NCBI RefSeq assembly: GCF_963921235.1
Contig: NC_086109.1
Span: 5,210,001 to 5,270,000 of the forward strand
From: Mobula hypostoma
Lineage: Eukaryota
Direction of reading: 5' to 3'
Length of the DNA: 60,000 bases
Below, piece by piece: positions 13,922-25,318 of the stretch. The notes under the pieces were generated by a model that was given only the letters and a program-made list of their open reading frames with translations, had not been told where the DNA came from and did no database searches. Numbering within the stretch: the first letter of the stretch is position 1; the number at the start of each line of letters is the position of its first letter. Both the position numbers and the translations under genes were made by a program.

Positions 13922-14197
13922 TCGCCACGGTAGTGTTGCAGTTAGCGCAAGACTGTTGTAACTCAGATCATCGGAGTTCGGAGATCACCTCTGGGGGAGT
14001 CTCTGAGGAGATTGTACGTCCTCCCTGTGGAATGCGTGGGATTTCGCCGGGTGCTCCAGTTTCCTCCCACAGTCCAAAGCTGTACCAGTTACTGGGTTAA
14101 TTGGTCATTGTAAATTGTCCCGAAATTAGGCTAGGGTTAAATCAGGGGTTGTGTGCAGCACAGCTCAAAGGGCCAGAGGGCCGATACCATGTTGCAT
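13922..14197 (+). mobile_element. V-SINE (HE1-like)
   Basis: tRNA-like head, V-domain CCGGGTGCTCCAGTTTCCTCCCACAGTCCAAAG, CR1-like tail. Confidence 0.8.
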
Positions 14198-15204
14198 CAG
14201 AATCAGGGTAAATATCACCACCATATGTTGTGAAGTTTGTTGTCCTTGTGGCAGCAGTGTGTTGCAATACACAGTAATAAAGAAAAAAAACAAGAATTAC
14301 GATAAGTAATATGGTTTATATATATATGTGTGTGTGTGTGTTAAATAATTCAATTATATAAGTCATGCAAAAAGCGAAATCCAAAAAGTAGTGAGGTAGT
14401 GTTCATGGGTTCAATGTCCATTCAGAGTTCTGATGACAGAGGGGAAGACTGCTCCTGAATTGTTGAGAGTGTGCCTTCAGGCTCCTGTACCTCCTTCCTG
14501 AAGAGAGCAATGAGAACAAAGCACGTTCTGGGCGGTGGGGGTCATATTATTATTTCTTTTATAATGTTGCATCCAGTTATTTATCAATGAACAGCTGCTT
14601 TAATGTCTAGAAGGTCAGGAATTTGTACTTTGCATATTAACAGTGCCATCGTGCGCGCAGACACCAAGTGGAAACGTGGTTTGGTGGCGTGTGGCCCTCT
14701 CTGATTTATCTTAGTGTTACCATCCAACCCAAGAAGGAACATCTGGTTATGGGACCCGTCCCAACGAGGACAGTTACAATTACAGAGATGGGCACAGCCA
14801 TGCTGCCACTGTGAGGGCATCCCAGCCCTCTGTTGGATTCTGATGTTTTTAATCCAAGGTTCTCTCAGAAGTCAGGAAAGAGGCGCAGGGCTTGTTCCTT
14901 CATGATCGTTGTACTAATTGTTGATAGAACAAAGGAAAATCAAAACAGACAGGGACCCTGCCAAGCCCACACAATGCTTCCCGAACCTCTGTCTCTAACT
15001 TCCACCCGCTGGGCTCTGACGGTAGCAACACGGGAACAGGATGATCCCACTCTGTTCCTCAGATCGGTTCCATCAGTAAAGGAGACCGTGACCAACCTCC
15101 CCCATTCACCCCACTCCCCCCGATTTAGCCTTCTGATAGACAGACATCTGTCAGCCTTGGATCTGCTCCAATCAATGTGAGGGGTGGTTCTGAACCTTCA
15201 CCCC

Positions 15205-16170
15205 CTGTGTGAGAGGGGAGTGAGGGAGGGGGAATGAGTGATGAAGAGATGATGGAGCAAGGAGATACTGAGGGGAAGTGAGGGGAAGTAACGGAAGATG
15301 ATGTGGTACTGGGGGGTAAATGATGGGGAAAAGGGGAGTGAGGGGTATTGAAGGATGTGAGATGGGATGGGGGGAATGAGGAGATGAAGAGGGAGTTGGT
15401 CAGCAGTGAGGGGGATCAGGAGATGATGGTGAGGTTTGGGGGAGTGAGGGGGGATTGAGGAGATGATGATGAGGTTTGAAAGAGAGGGGGGATTGAGGAG
15501 TTGATGGTGAGGTTTGAGGTAGTGGGGGATTGAGGAGATAATGGTGAGGTTTGAGGTAGTGAGGAGGGATTGAGGAGTTAATGGTGAGGTTTGGGGGATT
15601 GAGGAGATGATGGTGAGGTTTGCAAGAGCCAAGGGGGATTAAGGAGATGATGATGAGGTTTGGAGGAGAGGGGGGATTGAGGAGATGATGGTGAAGTTTG
15701 GGGGAGTGAGGGGGGATTGAGGAGATGATGAGGAGGTTTGGGGGACGGAGGGGGCTATTGAGGAGATTTTGATGAGGATTGGGGCAGTGGGGGGATTAAG
15801 GAGGTGTCGGTGTTTGCAGGAGTGAGGGGGGATTGAGGAGATGATGATGAGGTTTGGGGAGTGAGGAGATTTTGATGAGGTTTGGGGGAGTGGGGGGATT
15901 GAGGAGATGATGAGGAGGTTTGGGGGAGTGGGGGGATTGAGGAGATGATGAGGAGGTTTGGGAGAGTGAGGAGATTTTGATGAGGCAAACAACAGGAATT
16001 CTGCAGATGCTGGAAATTCAAGCAACATACATCCAAGTTGCTGGTGAACGCAGCAGGCCAAGCAGCATCCATAGGAAGAGGCGCAGTCGACGCCTCAGGC
16101 CGAGACCCTTCGTCAGGACTTTGATGAGGTTTGGGGGAGTGAGGGGGATTAAGTAGATGTTTGGGTTGAT
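15205..16170. repeat. G-rich minisatellite, unit about 39 bp (GAGGGGGGATTGAGGAGATGATGRTGAGGTTTGGGGGAGT)
   Basis: Visible tandem units; interrupted by a Penelope-like fragment at 15986-16119. Confidence 0.9.
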
Positions 16171-16290
16171 GTGGGAGCAGCACAGAGACCAGTGTGGACA
16201 CTACATATGAGCAGTTGGGATAGTTGTACCTGAATGTTTAGAAAGGGTGTGCATCTCTGAATCACTGTCTATCACTTCATTTGTGAACAG

Positions 16291-16363
16291 CAACCCAGGT
16301 CCCGCCAGCGGACAGCGGTGGATTCGGAAATGTGTCCCGGAAGGAAGCAAGCCAGCAGACAGA
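16291..16363 (+). CDS. TRAF3IP3: TRAF3IP3 coding exon 3 (ATQVPP...KEASQQTE)
   Basis: gaacAG acceptor, AGA|GTAAGT donor, phase 1 to 2; ASQQT motif. Confidence 0.88.
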
Positions 16364-16435
16364 GTAAGTACCAACTCCCCCAGTGTGAACTGTTATTTGG
16401 GCTGGATCTCAGCTCATTTACCTCGTGTCCAGTAT

Positions 16436-16596
16436 TTATTCCAGTTAAAACACCTCAGAAAGCAACAGGGATGGTAAGATGTTGGTGCAGAGTTTGAACA
16501 AGTATTGGGAGGGGAATTATTCCAGTTAAAACACCTCAGAAAGCAACGGGGATGGTAAGATGTCGGTGCAGAGTTTGAACAAGTATTGGGGGGGGG
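16436..16596. repeat. 81-bp tandem duplication
   Basis: ttattccagttaaaacacctcagaaagc... at 16436 and 16517. Confidence 0.9.
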
Positions 16597-17990
16597 CGGA
16601 ATCAGTTCCATCACATTCCTGGACTTTGATTCCATTGAGTGCTGGGGAGGGACTGTCCAGGTCCCAGCCAGCGTCTGGGACCACAGATGAGTTTCTACCC
16701 ATGATTCTTTACCTCCTCCTACATGGTGGTCAAAGAAAGAAAGAAAAACAATTAGTTTTATTGGTCGCACGTACACCGAAACAAACAGTGAAACGTGCCG
16801 TTTGTCTCAGCGACCAACACAATCTCAGGATGTGCTGGGGGCAGCCCACACCTCTGGCACCAACAGAGCACACCCACACCTCACCAGCTCCAACCTGTAC
16901 GCCTTTGGAATGTGAGAGGAAGCCAGAGCATTCTGTGGAAATCCGCGCGGTCACAGGGAGAATGTACAAACGCCTTACAGACAGTGGCGGGAATCGAACC
17001 CCCCCCATCCCCGGTGCTCTAAAGTGTTACACTATTCACTACTCTCTCGTGGTGCCTCCCCCCTCCCACTCTCATCCCTTTACTGTACCTCAAGGCAGGT
17101 CAGATTCTGGTCACAGGTACAGGTATGGGTTTATCATTGTCACCAGTACCAAGATCATCCCAATACATCCATCCCCACCTCAAGATGGCAACATCCACCA
17201 TCAAAGAACCCCAGCATCCATCTTCTCTCAGCTACTGTCAGGAACGAGGCAACGAAGGGTGAAGCCCCACACCGCAACATTCAAGAACAGCTACTTCCCT
17301 TCAGCCATTTCATTCTTGCACCTAATCACAATGTCCACATTTCGTCAAAGTTAAACTCGTGTTGTTCTAATTGTGTTCTTTCCTGTAAAGAGTGTGTGCA
17401 GTTTATGTTTTTCTGGTGAATGCTGACTATATGATACTGTATGCCTACCATGCTGCCGCAAGTAAGTTTTTCATTGCGACTGTGCATGTAGGGATTTACA
17501 CAAACTTGACTTTGAGTTGGAGCTACAGTATAAAGTCTAAGTTTGTGTGCCATTTGGGCAGATAACATATATACACTGAGGCAGTAAATACTACCCTCTC
17601 CTTGGCATTACGGGGCAGTAAAGAAAAGAGCCATCAGGACCGTCACAGAGGCTGCTGAGCGAGCCTCCGGATGGCTCTGGACCAAGAGATTTGACCCGTG
17701 GACACAGGCCAGGGCCAGATCTCCCTGCTGGGTCGCCTGGACGAGGGTATCTGATGCTGAAATACCCGACCCCAGGCTACACCGCTGATGATGTGCCCAG
17801 CACATCCGCGGATGTATCTGAATGCAGAAACAGATGCCACTTAGGTTGGGGCGGCACCCTAGCGGAGGGTCCTGATGTGTAGCTGACATTGGTACACAGT
17901 CTACAGCTTAGCATCTCCTGCACCATGTACCGTGACTCACTCTCTGCCCATCGACTGCCTTTAATGCTCTTGTTGTATTTTCCTTCGCAG

Positions 17991-18015
17991 ATGCGGAGTC
18001 GCAGTTCTGGATCAG
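17991..18015 (+). CDS. TRAF3IP3: TRAF3IP3 coding exon 4, 25-nt microexon (CGVAVLDQ)
   Basis: tttccttcgcAG acceptor, CAG|GTGAGG donor, phase 2 to 0; GVAVLD motif. Confidence 0.9.
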
Positions 18016-18408
18016 GTGAGGAAAATTTGCAGCAGTCTTTGTCTACGGGGCTTGGTGTCTCTGTCTGCTGCAGTAATGTGCTTGTGCTTTGGGTGTCACT
18101 GTGGGTACAGAGTGAACATATTTCACCTGGTCACTGATGTGTGGAAAGATTGATCTTTGGAGCAAAGGAGGATGAGAGACAACTTGACAGAGGTGTATAA
18201 GATTATAAGAGGCATATTCAGAGTGGACAGCCAAAGATTTTTCCCAGGGCGTCAACGACAAAAACCAGAGGACATCCATTTAAGTGGAGGAAGGTTTAGG
18301 GGAGATGTTAGAACGTAAAACACTACAGCACAGTTCAAGCCATTTGGTCCAGGTTATTATGCTGACCTTTTAACTTACTCTAAGATCAAACTAACCCTTC
18401 CCTCCTAC

Positions 18409-19009
18409 AACACACACAGAAAATGCTGGTGAACGCAGCAAGCCAGGCAGCATCTATAGGAAGAGGTACAGTCGATGTTTTCGGCCAAGACCCTTCGTCA
18501 GGACTAACTGAAGGAAGAGATAGTAAGAGATTTGAAAGTGGGAGGGGGAGTGGGAGATCCGAAATGATAGGAGAAGACAGGAGGAGGAGGGATGGAGCCA
18601 AAAGCTGGAAAGTTGATTGGCAAAAGGGATACGAGGCTGGAGAAGGGAGAGGATCATGGGACGGGAGGCCTAGGGAGAAAGAGAAGAGGGGAGGGGAGCC
18701 CAGAGGGTGGAGAGCAGGCAAGGAGTTATAGTGAGAGGGACAGAGGGAGAAAAAAGGGAGAGGGAAAAAAAGGAAAAAGAAACAAACAAATAAATAAATA
18801 AATAAGGGTTGAGGTGCGAAAGGGAGGAGGGGCATTAACGGAAGTTAGAGAAGTCAATGTTCATGCTTTCAGTTAGTCCTGACGAAGGGTCTTGGCCCGA
18901 AACGTCGACTGTACCTCTTCCTATAGATGCTGCCTGGCCTGCTGCGTTCACCAGCAATTTTTGTGTGTGTTGCTTGAAATTCCAGCATCTGCAGATTTCC
19001 TCGTGTTTG
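18409..19009. mobile_element. Penelope-like element remnant with inverted terminal duplication
   Basis: Minus-strand 3' end (ORF tail ..MNIDFSNFR*, pyrimidine tract, terminal repeat) fused to a plus-strand terminal repeat; flanking duplication ccttccctcc at 18396-18405 and 19010-19019. Confidence 0.8.
18874..18911 (+). ncRNA. Minimal type-I hammerhead ribozyme motif, intact
   Basis: TAGTC-CTGACGA-AGGGTCTTGGCCC-GAAA-CGTC-GACTG: conserved core, stem I UAGUC/GACUG, stem II GGGU/GCCC, GUC cleavage triplet, palindromic ACGU stem III. Confidence 0.8.
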
Positions 19010-19285
19010 CCTTCCCTCCAACGTAGCCCTCCATTTTTTAGTCACCCACATGCCTGTCTAAGATTCTCTTAAATGTCCCAAGTTTATCTACGTCTTCCAC
19101 CACTGCTGGTGGTATGTTCCACGCACCCACCATCCTCTGTGTAAAGGACTTGCCTCTGACATTTCCCTTTGGTATTAACCATTTCCACCCTGGGACAATT
19201 ATTAGAGGTAGGTTTCTTTTTAACACAGAGTGGTAGGTGCCAGGGATGGTGGTAGAGGCAGAAATGTTATCAACCCACCTCTCCA

Positions 19286-19535
19286 GATCCACCCATCACC
19301 TCCCAGCTTCGAACACTAATCTGAAACTCTCACTTCCTCATCTGCCTATCACCCATCGCCCCCAAGCTACTGACACCATTCTCTCACCCCTCTCACCTGG
19401 ATCCACCCATCACCTCCCAGCTTCGAACACTAATCTGAAACTCTCACTTCCTCATCTGCCTATCACCCATCACCCCCAAGCTACTGACACCATTCTCTCA
19501 CCCCTCTCACCTGGATCCACCCATCACCTTCCAGC
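19286..19535. repeat. 114-bp tandem duplication (about 2.2 copies)
   Basis: gatccacccatcacct at 19286, 19400 and 19514. Confidence 0.9.
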
Positions 19536-20128
19536 TCTTGCTCCACCCCATCTCTCCCTCTCTTCATACCAGCTGTGCTTCCAGTCCAGATGAAGAATCT
19601 CAACCTGAAACATCAATTGTCCATTTTCTTCCAAAGATGCCCCCTGACCCGTTGAGTTCCTCCAGCATCGCGTGTGTCCCTCTGCTTTGTTGTAAAAATC
19701 CATCTGGCTTGTAGGGAAATAGATCTGCAGTCCTGTCCTGGTCTGTGTCTCTGTCCAGGACTCCGGGTCCACATCCGAACTCAGTGTTGGCTCTTCTCCA
19801 CCCCTGGTAAGGGGCCATCCTCAGTTCCGGAGCAACTGGGCTCAACCCTCACAACCTGTGGGTGGATAAAGCAACTCCAGTCACCAATAACTACTGTAAG
19901 TGGCAGACACAATTGAGGAAATTAAATTTCTCAACTTTGGTTGCTAGGGGGACAAACTGAACACTACCTGGAGTGATCTTCTCAGTAGGATGGATGGGAG
20001 AGGGCGTGGTCTTTTAAGGACTGTTGGAGACTAGGGGCGAAGTCTTGCCAGCAGTGTGGTCTTGATGGATTTAAATCAAAATTTAATTTTGTCTCCTTCA
20101 CGAAATTCCTGCATTTTATGTTTTTCAG

Positions 20129-20158
20129 GAGATCAAGCAACTGTCAGAGTATCTGAAG
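20129..20158 (+). CDS. TRAF3IP3: TRAF3IP3 coding exon 5, 30-nt microexon (EIKQLSEYLK)
   Basis: tttttcAG acceptor, AAG|GTAATT donor; matches recalled EIIQLSDYLK. Confidence 0.92.
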
Positions 20159-20894
20159 GTAATTCATCTGCCATCTAACTCTGAAATTCAATGCAAAGTT
20201 AGATATAATATAATTAAAAATGTAAATACTGACATGTCTAACAACGAGTGATCGCCTTAGTCTCTTGTTTTGTGTTGACCCTGTTGGACATTGTTAATGT
20301 GGTATGCTGCAAGTCTGATTCACTGGTTCATTGGTGGACAGTGAGGAAGCCGTGTGGACTCCGTCGTAGCGAAGATTAGGCCTCAAGCCGTGGTGTCGCC
20401 TGTTTACAGCCACCCAGAAGGGAGGCAGCAGAGTCAGTGTGCTCCACCAGCGGAGGTGTGGCATGGCGTCCAAGCTAGAGTCGGTGCTGCCCCCTAGTGT
20501 TCACTCGGCAGAAGACCAGCTGCATTGTGCTCATGTAGATTTCTGCAACATTCATTGACTCAGGGTCCTGAACTACATTTTTTGGTGTGACTGTATTATA
20601 CTGCTATCTTGTATGTGCTATATGAGCTTTGAGCTGTGTATGACTGTGTTGGTACTGTATGTTGCAACTTGGCTCAGGAGTAACATTGTTTCATTTGGCT
20701 GTATTCATGTATGGTTGACCGACAACTAAACTTAACCATCTTCAACTATGAGTGGATTCTTTAATTTAGTTTATCCCTGTTTGAAGATGCAGCTCGATGT
20801 AATCAAGTGGGTATAGGATGTGTTTGAAATGCAGTGCGGTTTGATTGTTGAGCTGGAGGGCTTGTACTGACTCTTAGGCATCTCTCCCCGGCAG

Positions 20895-20990
20895 GAAGCT
20901 CTGCACCGTGAGGTGATGCTGAAACAGAAGATGGCAGTCCTCCAGCAGCTGCTTACCACGCTCCTGCAGGCTGCAGAGAAATCGTGGAAG
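20895..20990 (+). CDS. TRAF3IP3: TRAF3IP3 coding exon 6 (EALHREVMLKQKMAVLQQLLTTLLQAAEKSWK)
   Basis: ggcAG acceptor, AAG|GTAGGA donor; strongly conserved segment. Confidence 0.95.
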
Positions 20991-21559
20991 GTAGGAATCG
21001 TGTGGTTGCCATTTGCGGCTTGTCGAACCGAGACTCATAAGACTATAAGGCACAGGAACAGAATTCGGCCATCTGGTCCATTTGAACCTGCTCCGCCATT
21101 TCATCATGGCTGATTTATTATCCGTTGCAACCCCATTCTCCTGCCTCCTCCCTGTAATCTTTGATGCCCTTTCTAATCGAGAACCTACCAGCTTCCAATT
21201 TACATCTACCCAGTCACTTGTCCTAACACATCTATCTATGGCAATGAATTCCACAGATTCACCACTCTTTGGTCAAAGAAATTCCTCATCTCTGTTCTAA
21301 ATGGACATCTCTCCAATATGAGGCTGTGTCTTCTGATCTTAGACTCTGCCACCATAGGAAACATCCTCTCCAGATCCACTCTATCGAGGCCTTTCAACAT
21401 TCGATAGGTTTCAATGAAATCACTCCGTCATTCTTCTGAATTCCTGTTAACACAGGTCCGGGGCCATCAAACACCCCTCATCAATCCTGGAATCATTCTT
21501 GTCAACCTCCTTTGAACCTTCTCCAATGTCAGCAAATCCTTTCTTAGATAAGGGGTCCA

Positions 21560-21722
21560 TTGATGGTACATGAATGGTCTTTGGATGGTCTAGGGATGAT
21601 GTGTGGATGGCCATGGATGATCTGTGGATAGTCCGTAGATGGTGCATGAATGGTGTATAGATGGTCTGTGGGTGATGTGAGGATGGTCTGTAGATGGTGT
21701 GAGGATGGTCTGTAGATGGTCC
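21560..21722. repeat. Degenerate GATGGTCTGT-type short tandem repeat
   Basis: Repeated gatggt/gatgat units. Confidence 0.65.
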
Positions 21723-21946
21723 ACGGACAATCACTGAGTCACAAATGTCAGATTGAATCCATGTGAACCTCCGAAATCTGGGTTGCATTTCTGCTGGAAC
21801 CCAATCCCATTGTTACAATGCTGGTGTAAACACGGACAGAATCCCCACAGCCTGTAGCTGAGATTAATTCCCCAGGGCTGGACGCATAACCTGACATCAC
21901 ACTCTACTTTGCTTGGTCTATACTCACCTGTAAATCCTCATTTCAG

Positions 21947-22018
21947 GTACAACTGAACGATGATTCGCTGCGCTGCAAACTGCAGTCACTGGAGACTCAG
22001 TTACACACCTGGGCGCAG
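21947..22018 (+). CDS. TRAF3IP3: TRAF3IP3 coding exon 7 (VQLNDDSLRCKLQSLETQLHTWAQ)
   Basis: tttcAG acceptor, CAG|GTAGGG donor, phase 0. Confidence 0.93.
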
Positions 22019-24033
22019 GTAGGGGAATTCATTGTTCAATGAGGGAATTTTTCAAGGTTGTTGAATGAAAAGTGTGTGCGTGTGAAATGAGGCTTTCTGT
22101 TGTACCCTACAGCCAGAAATAAGTACAAAACAAAAATGTGCAGTTTCCCACAACGATGGGAAGTCACGCACGAGGGGACAGATAGGGCAAATGCAAGCAG
22201 GCTTTCTCCACTGAGACTACAACCAAAGGTCGTGGGTTAGGGGTGAAAGATGAAAAGTTTAAGGGGAACCTCTTCATTCAGAGGGTCTTGAGAGTGTGGA
22301 ACGAGCTGCCAGCGCAAATGGTCCATGCGAGCTCGATTTCAATGTTTAAGACAAGTTTGGACAGGTACATGAACGGTAGGGATATGGAGGGCTATGGTCC
22401 CGGTGCAGATTAAATGATTGGCCATGGACTAGATGGGCTGAAGGGCCTACTTTTGTACTTTTCTATGACTCTATGGAACAGAAGAGTTCCATAACAGTAA
22501 ACTGTGGATGTAGAGAGAAGACAACAGAGTTCAACTGCCGAGCTGTAGATTTTATTCAGAATGAATGGATATTGTTTTATTATTGTCACATGTACCGAGA
22601 TACAGGGAGAAGTTTTTATCTGTATATCATCAGATCATTCCATACTTCAGTAAACTGAAGTAGTAGAAGGGAAAACAGTAACAGAATGCAGAATAAAGTG
22701 TTACAGTTACAGAGAAAGTGCAGTGCAGGCAGGCAATAAGGTACAAGGACTATGACAAGGTAGATGGTGAGATCAGGAGTAATTTTTATTGTAGATGAAT
22801 CTAAAACATTTTATTTAAGAGATTTTTATCAAGAGAATTTTACACTGTGTGCAAAACATTGTATATCTTAAACAGCATTTAATTCAAGAGTCTGATTACA
22901 ATGTCACAGTCCAGTTAATTGCCGTATCAGAATCAGGTTTATTATCACTGTGTAAAAATCTTAAACACTTACATATTGCTAGGGTGCCTAAGACTTTTAC
23001 ACAGTACTGTAGTAATTTTCTGTATTGCACTGTACTGCTGCCACAAAACAAAACAAATTTCATGACATACAGTATGTGAGTGATGACAAATCTGATTCTG
23101 ATCTGGGTCTCTATTGTGGACTGAGAGTGGGAAGGGGGCAGGGAGAGGGGAATCATGGTCGGGAAAAGGGGAAGGGAGAGGACAGGGAGTGGGAAGCACC
23201 AGAGAGACATTCTGTAATGATCAATAAACCAATTGTTTGAACCAAATGACACCAAATGGTGTCTGAGAGCTGGGTGTGTTGGCACTCACACCACCCCCTG
23301 CCCCTGGCACTCTTTCTCTGCCACCTGCCCCACACCCCTCCCATAGCACTCCACACTCACCATACCCAACATTCTTTGCTCCCACCAGATTTACAAACTC
23401 TCTCTCCGCTCCACATTGACAAATAGAGCACTGTGCACCACAATATTGTTGTCTTGAGCTATGCCAACAAAGTTCTATTCTGTTGTTAGGATTTTGTCCC
23501 GGTACTAGATAAATGTGGGGATAAATGTATTTCCCGCACTCTGTCAGACAATGGGCTTCACAGTCCCTCCATCCTCGGTGTGAGAACATTCTCTATAACC
23601 CTCCTCTCGTTCTCCAGCCAATAACTTTAAATCCCAACCCCGCTGGTTGTTCCACCATTCTTTCTTGAGAAGTTTATGCTGATAAGGTACTTTACTGGGT
23701 AGAAATGTAAATCAGAGGTCTAACAATTTTTATGAGACCTCATGACTGAACATAGATCAGAGAACTAACAATTTCCATGAGACTACATTTTCTATGATTG
23801 TTTTTGTATTTTGTAAGTTTCGAGGTCATTTTCTAACCCTGTATCCATGTGAGATTTCACTGGGTGCTCTGGTTTCCACCCACATCCCAGAGTTAGTTGG
23901 CCCCTGTAAAGTTAAGCCTTCAAAGGAAGAAAGGGAGGCCGATGGATGCACATCACAGGCTTATGGGGGAAAGGGAACACTCACAACACGCTGGAGGAAC
24001 TCAGCAGGTCGGGCGGCATCCGTGGAAACGATG

Positions 24034-24069
24034 AGTCGACGTTTCGGGCCGGAACCCTTCGTCAGGACT
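24034..24069 (-). ncRNA. Minimal type-I hammerhead ribozyme motif, intact
   Basis: Reverse strand reads AGTC-CTGACGA-AGGGTTCCGGCCC-GAAA-CGTC-GACT. Confidence 0.8.
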
Positions 24070-24266
24070 GTAGAGGGAAGGGGCAGAGGGTTCCGCCTCC
24101 TTCAACTCCCCGTTGTGCTTTCCCCTATTCCTTCTTCACCTTTCCTGCCTATCCTCTCTCCCACCCCTTTATCTTTCCCCTTACCGGTTTTCCACCTGGA
24201 ACCTACCAGCCTTCTCCTTCCCACCCTCCCCCCACCTCCTTTATAGGGCCTCTGCCCCTTCCCTCT

Positions 24267-24306
24267 TCAGTCCTGACGAAGGGTTCCAGCCCGAAACATT
24301 GACTGA
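24267..24306 (+). ncRNA. Hammerhead motif with decayed cleavage site
   Basis: TCAGTC-CTGACGA-AGGGTTCCAGCCC-GAAA-CATT-GACTGA; CGTC changed to CATT, consistent with CpG decay. Confidence 0.55.
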
Positions 24307-25177
24307 TCGTTTCCACGGATGCTGCCTGGCCTGCTGAGTTCCTCCAGCATGTTGTGAGTGTTCCTTTGATCCCAGCATCTGCAGATTATTGTGTGATTAC
24401 AGGGGAAAGAGAAGGGCAAAGGGACCGAGCCATTGCTTTTCTGGCTGCTAGGTTGGATTTAATGGACTGAATGTTGTGGAACACTACAGCAGAGAACTAG
24501 GCCCTTCGGCCCAGCTGAGTCCCCCTGAACTATTATTCTGCCTCGTCCCATCTACCTACAACCTGGACCATAGCCCTACAATCTACGTATCTATCCGAAC
24601 TTCTCTTACATGTTGAAATTGAACCCACGTCCACCTGTTACCCTGGCAGCTCGTTCCACTCTCTCACCTTAAATATTTCACCCTTAACCTATGACTTCTA
24701 GTTCTAGTCTCACCTAATCTGCTTGCATTTATACCATCTGTACCCCTCATAATTTTGTACACCTCTTTCCAATCTCCCCTCAATCTCCTACATTCCAGAG
24801 AATAAATCCTCCCTTGGAGGGTCAGACACTCTGAGCCAATAGGCTGGTCCTGAACTTATTTCCTGGCATAATTTACATATTACTATTTAACTATTTATGG
24901 TTTTATTACTATTTAATTATTTATGGTGCAACCGTAACGAAAACCAATTTCCCCCGTGATCAATAAAGTATGACTATGACTAAAGTCCTAATCTATTCAA
25001 CTTTCCCCTATAACTCAGGTAGTGTAATTAGTAAGTAGAAGAAACAACTTGGAAATGGTGCTAGTGACCAGTAAGTAAATGAATGACCTTCAGTGTTCAT
25101 AATGCCTGTCTCCCTTTCTTCCATTGAAACTTCTCCTCCCTGGTGCTACATGGAACACCTCTGTTTTTCTCCAATAG

Positions 25178-25318
25178 AATCACTCAAAAGACAGTGTCAA
25201 GGAAAGCATGATCGAAATGCAGGAACAGAAACTCAAGTATGAGAACATGGCCAAGGAATCACTCCAGAGAGCGATCGAGGAGAAAACTACGGTGGAACAA
25301 AGTCTGGACAATGTCAAG
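25178..25318 (+). CDS. TRAF3IP3: TRAF3IP3 coding exon 8 (NHSKDSVKES...AKESLQRAIEEK...DNVK)
   Basis: ccaatAG acceptor, AAG|GTGAGT donor; AKESLQ motif. Confidence 0.93.

Larger units (their letters stand above)
23971..24400. mobile_element. Penelope-like element remnant with about 118-bp inverted repeats
   Basis: 23971-24089 is the reverse complement of 24249-24367; candidate duplication ggggaaag at 23966 and 24402. Confidence 0.75.

Noticed and set aside
15198..16201. Pro/Ser-rich ORFs of 140-148 aa
   Set aside because: They are translations of the G-rich minisatellite and a nested repeat.
16560..17354. 264-aa ORF
   Set aside because: A chimera of a tandem duplication, a V-SINE and a Rex1-like fragment, with no coherent protein.
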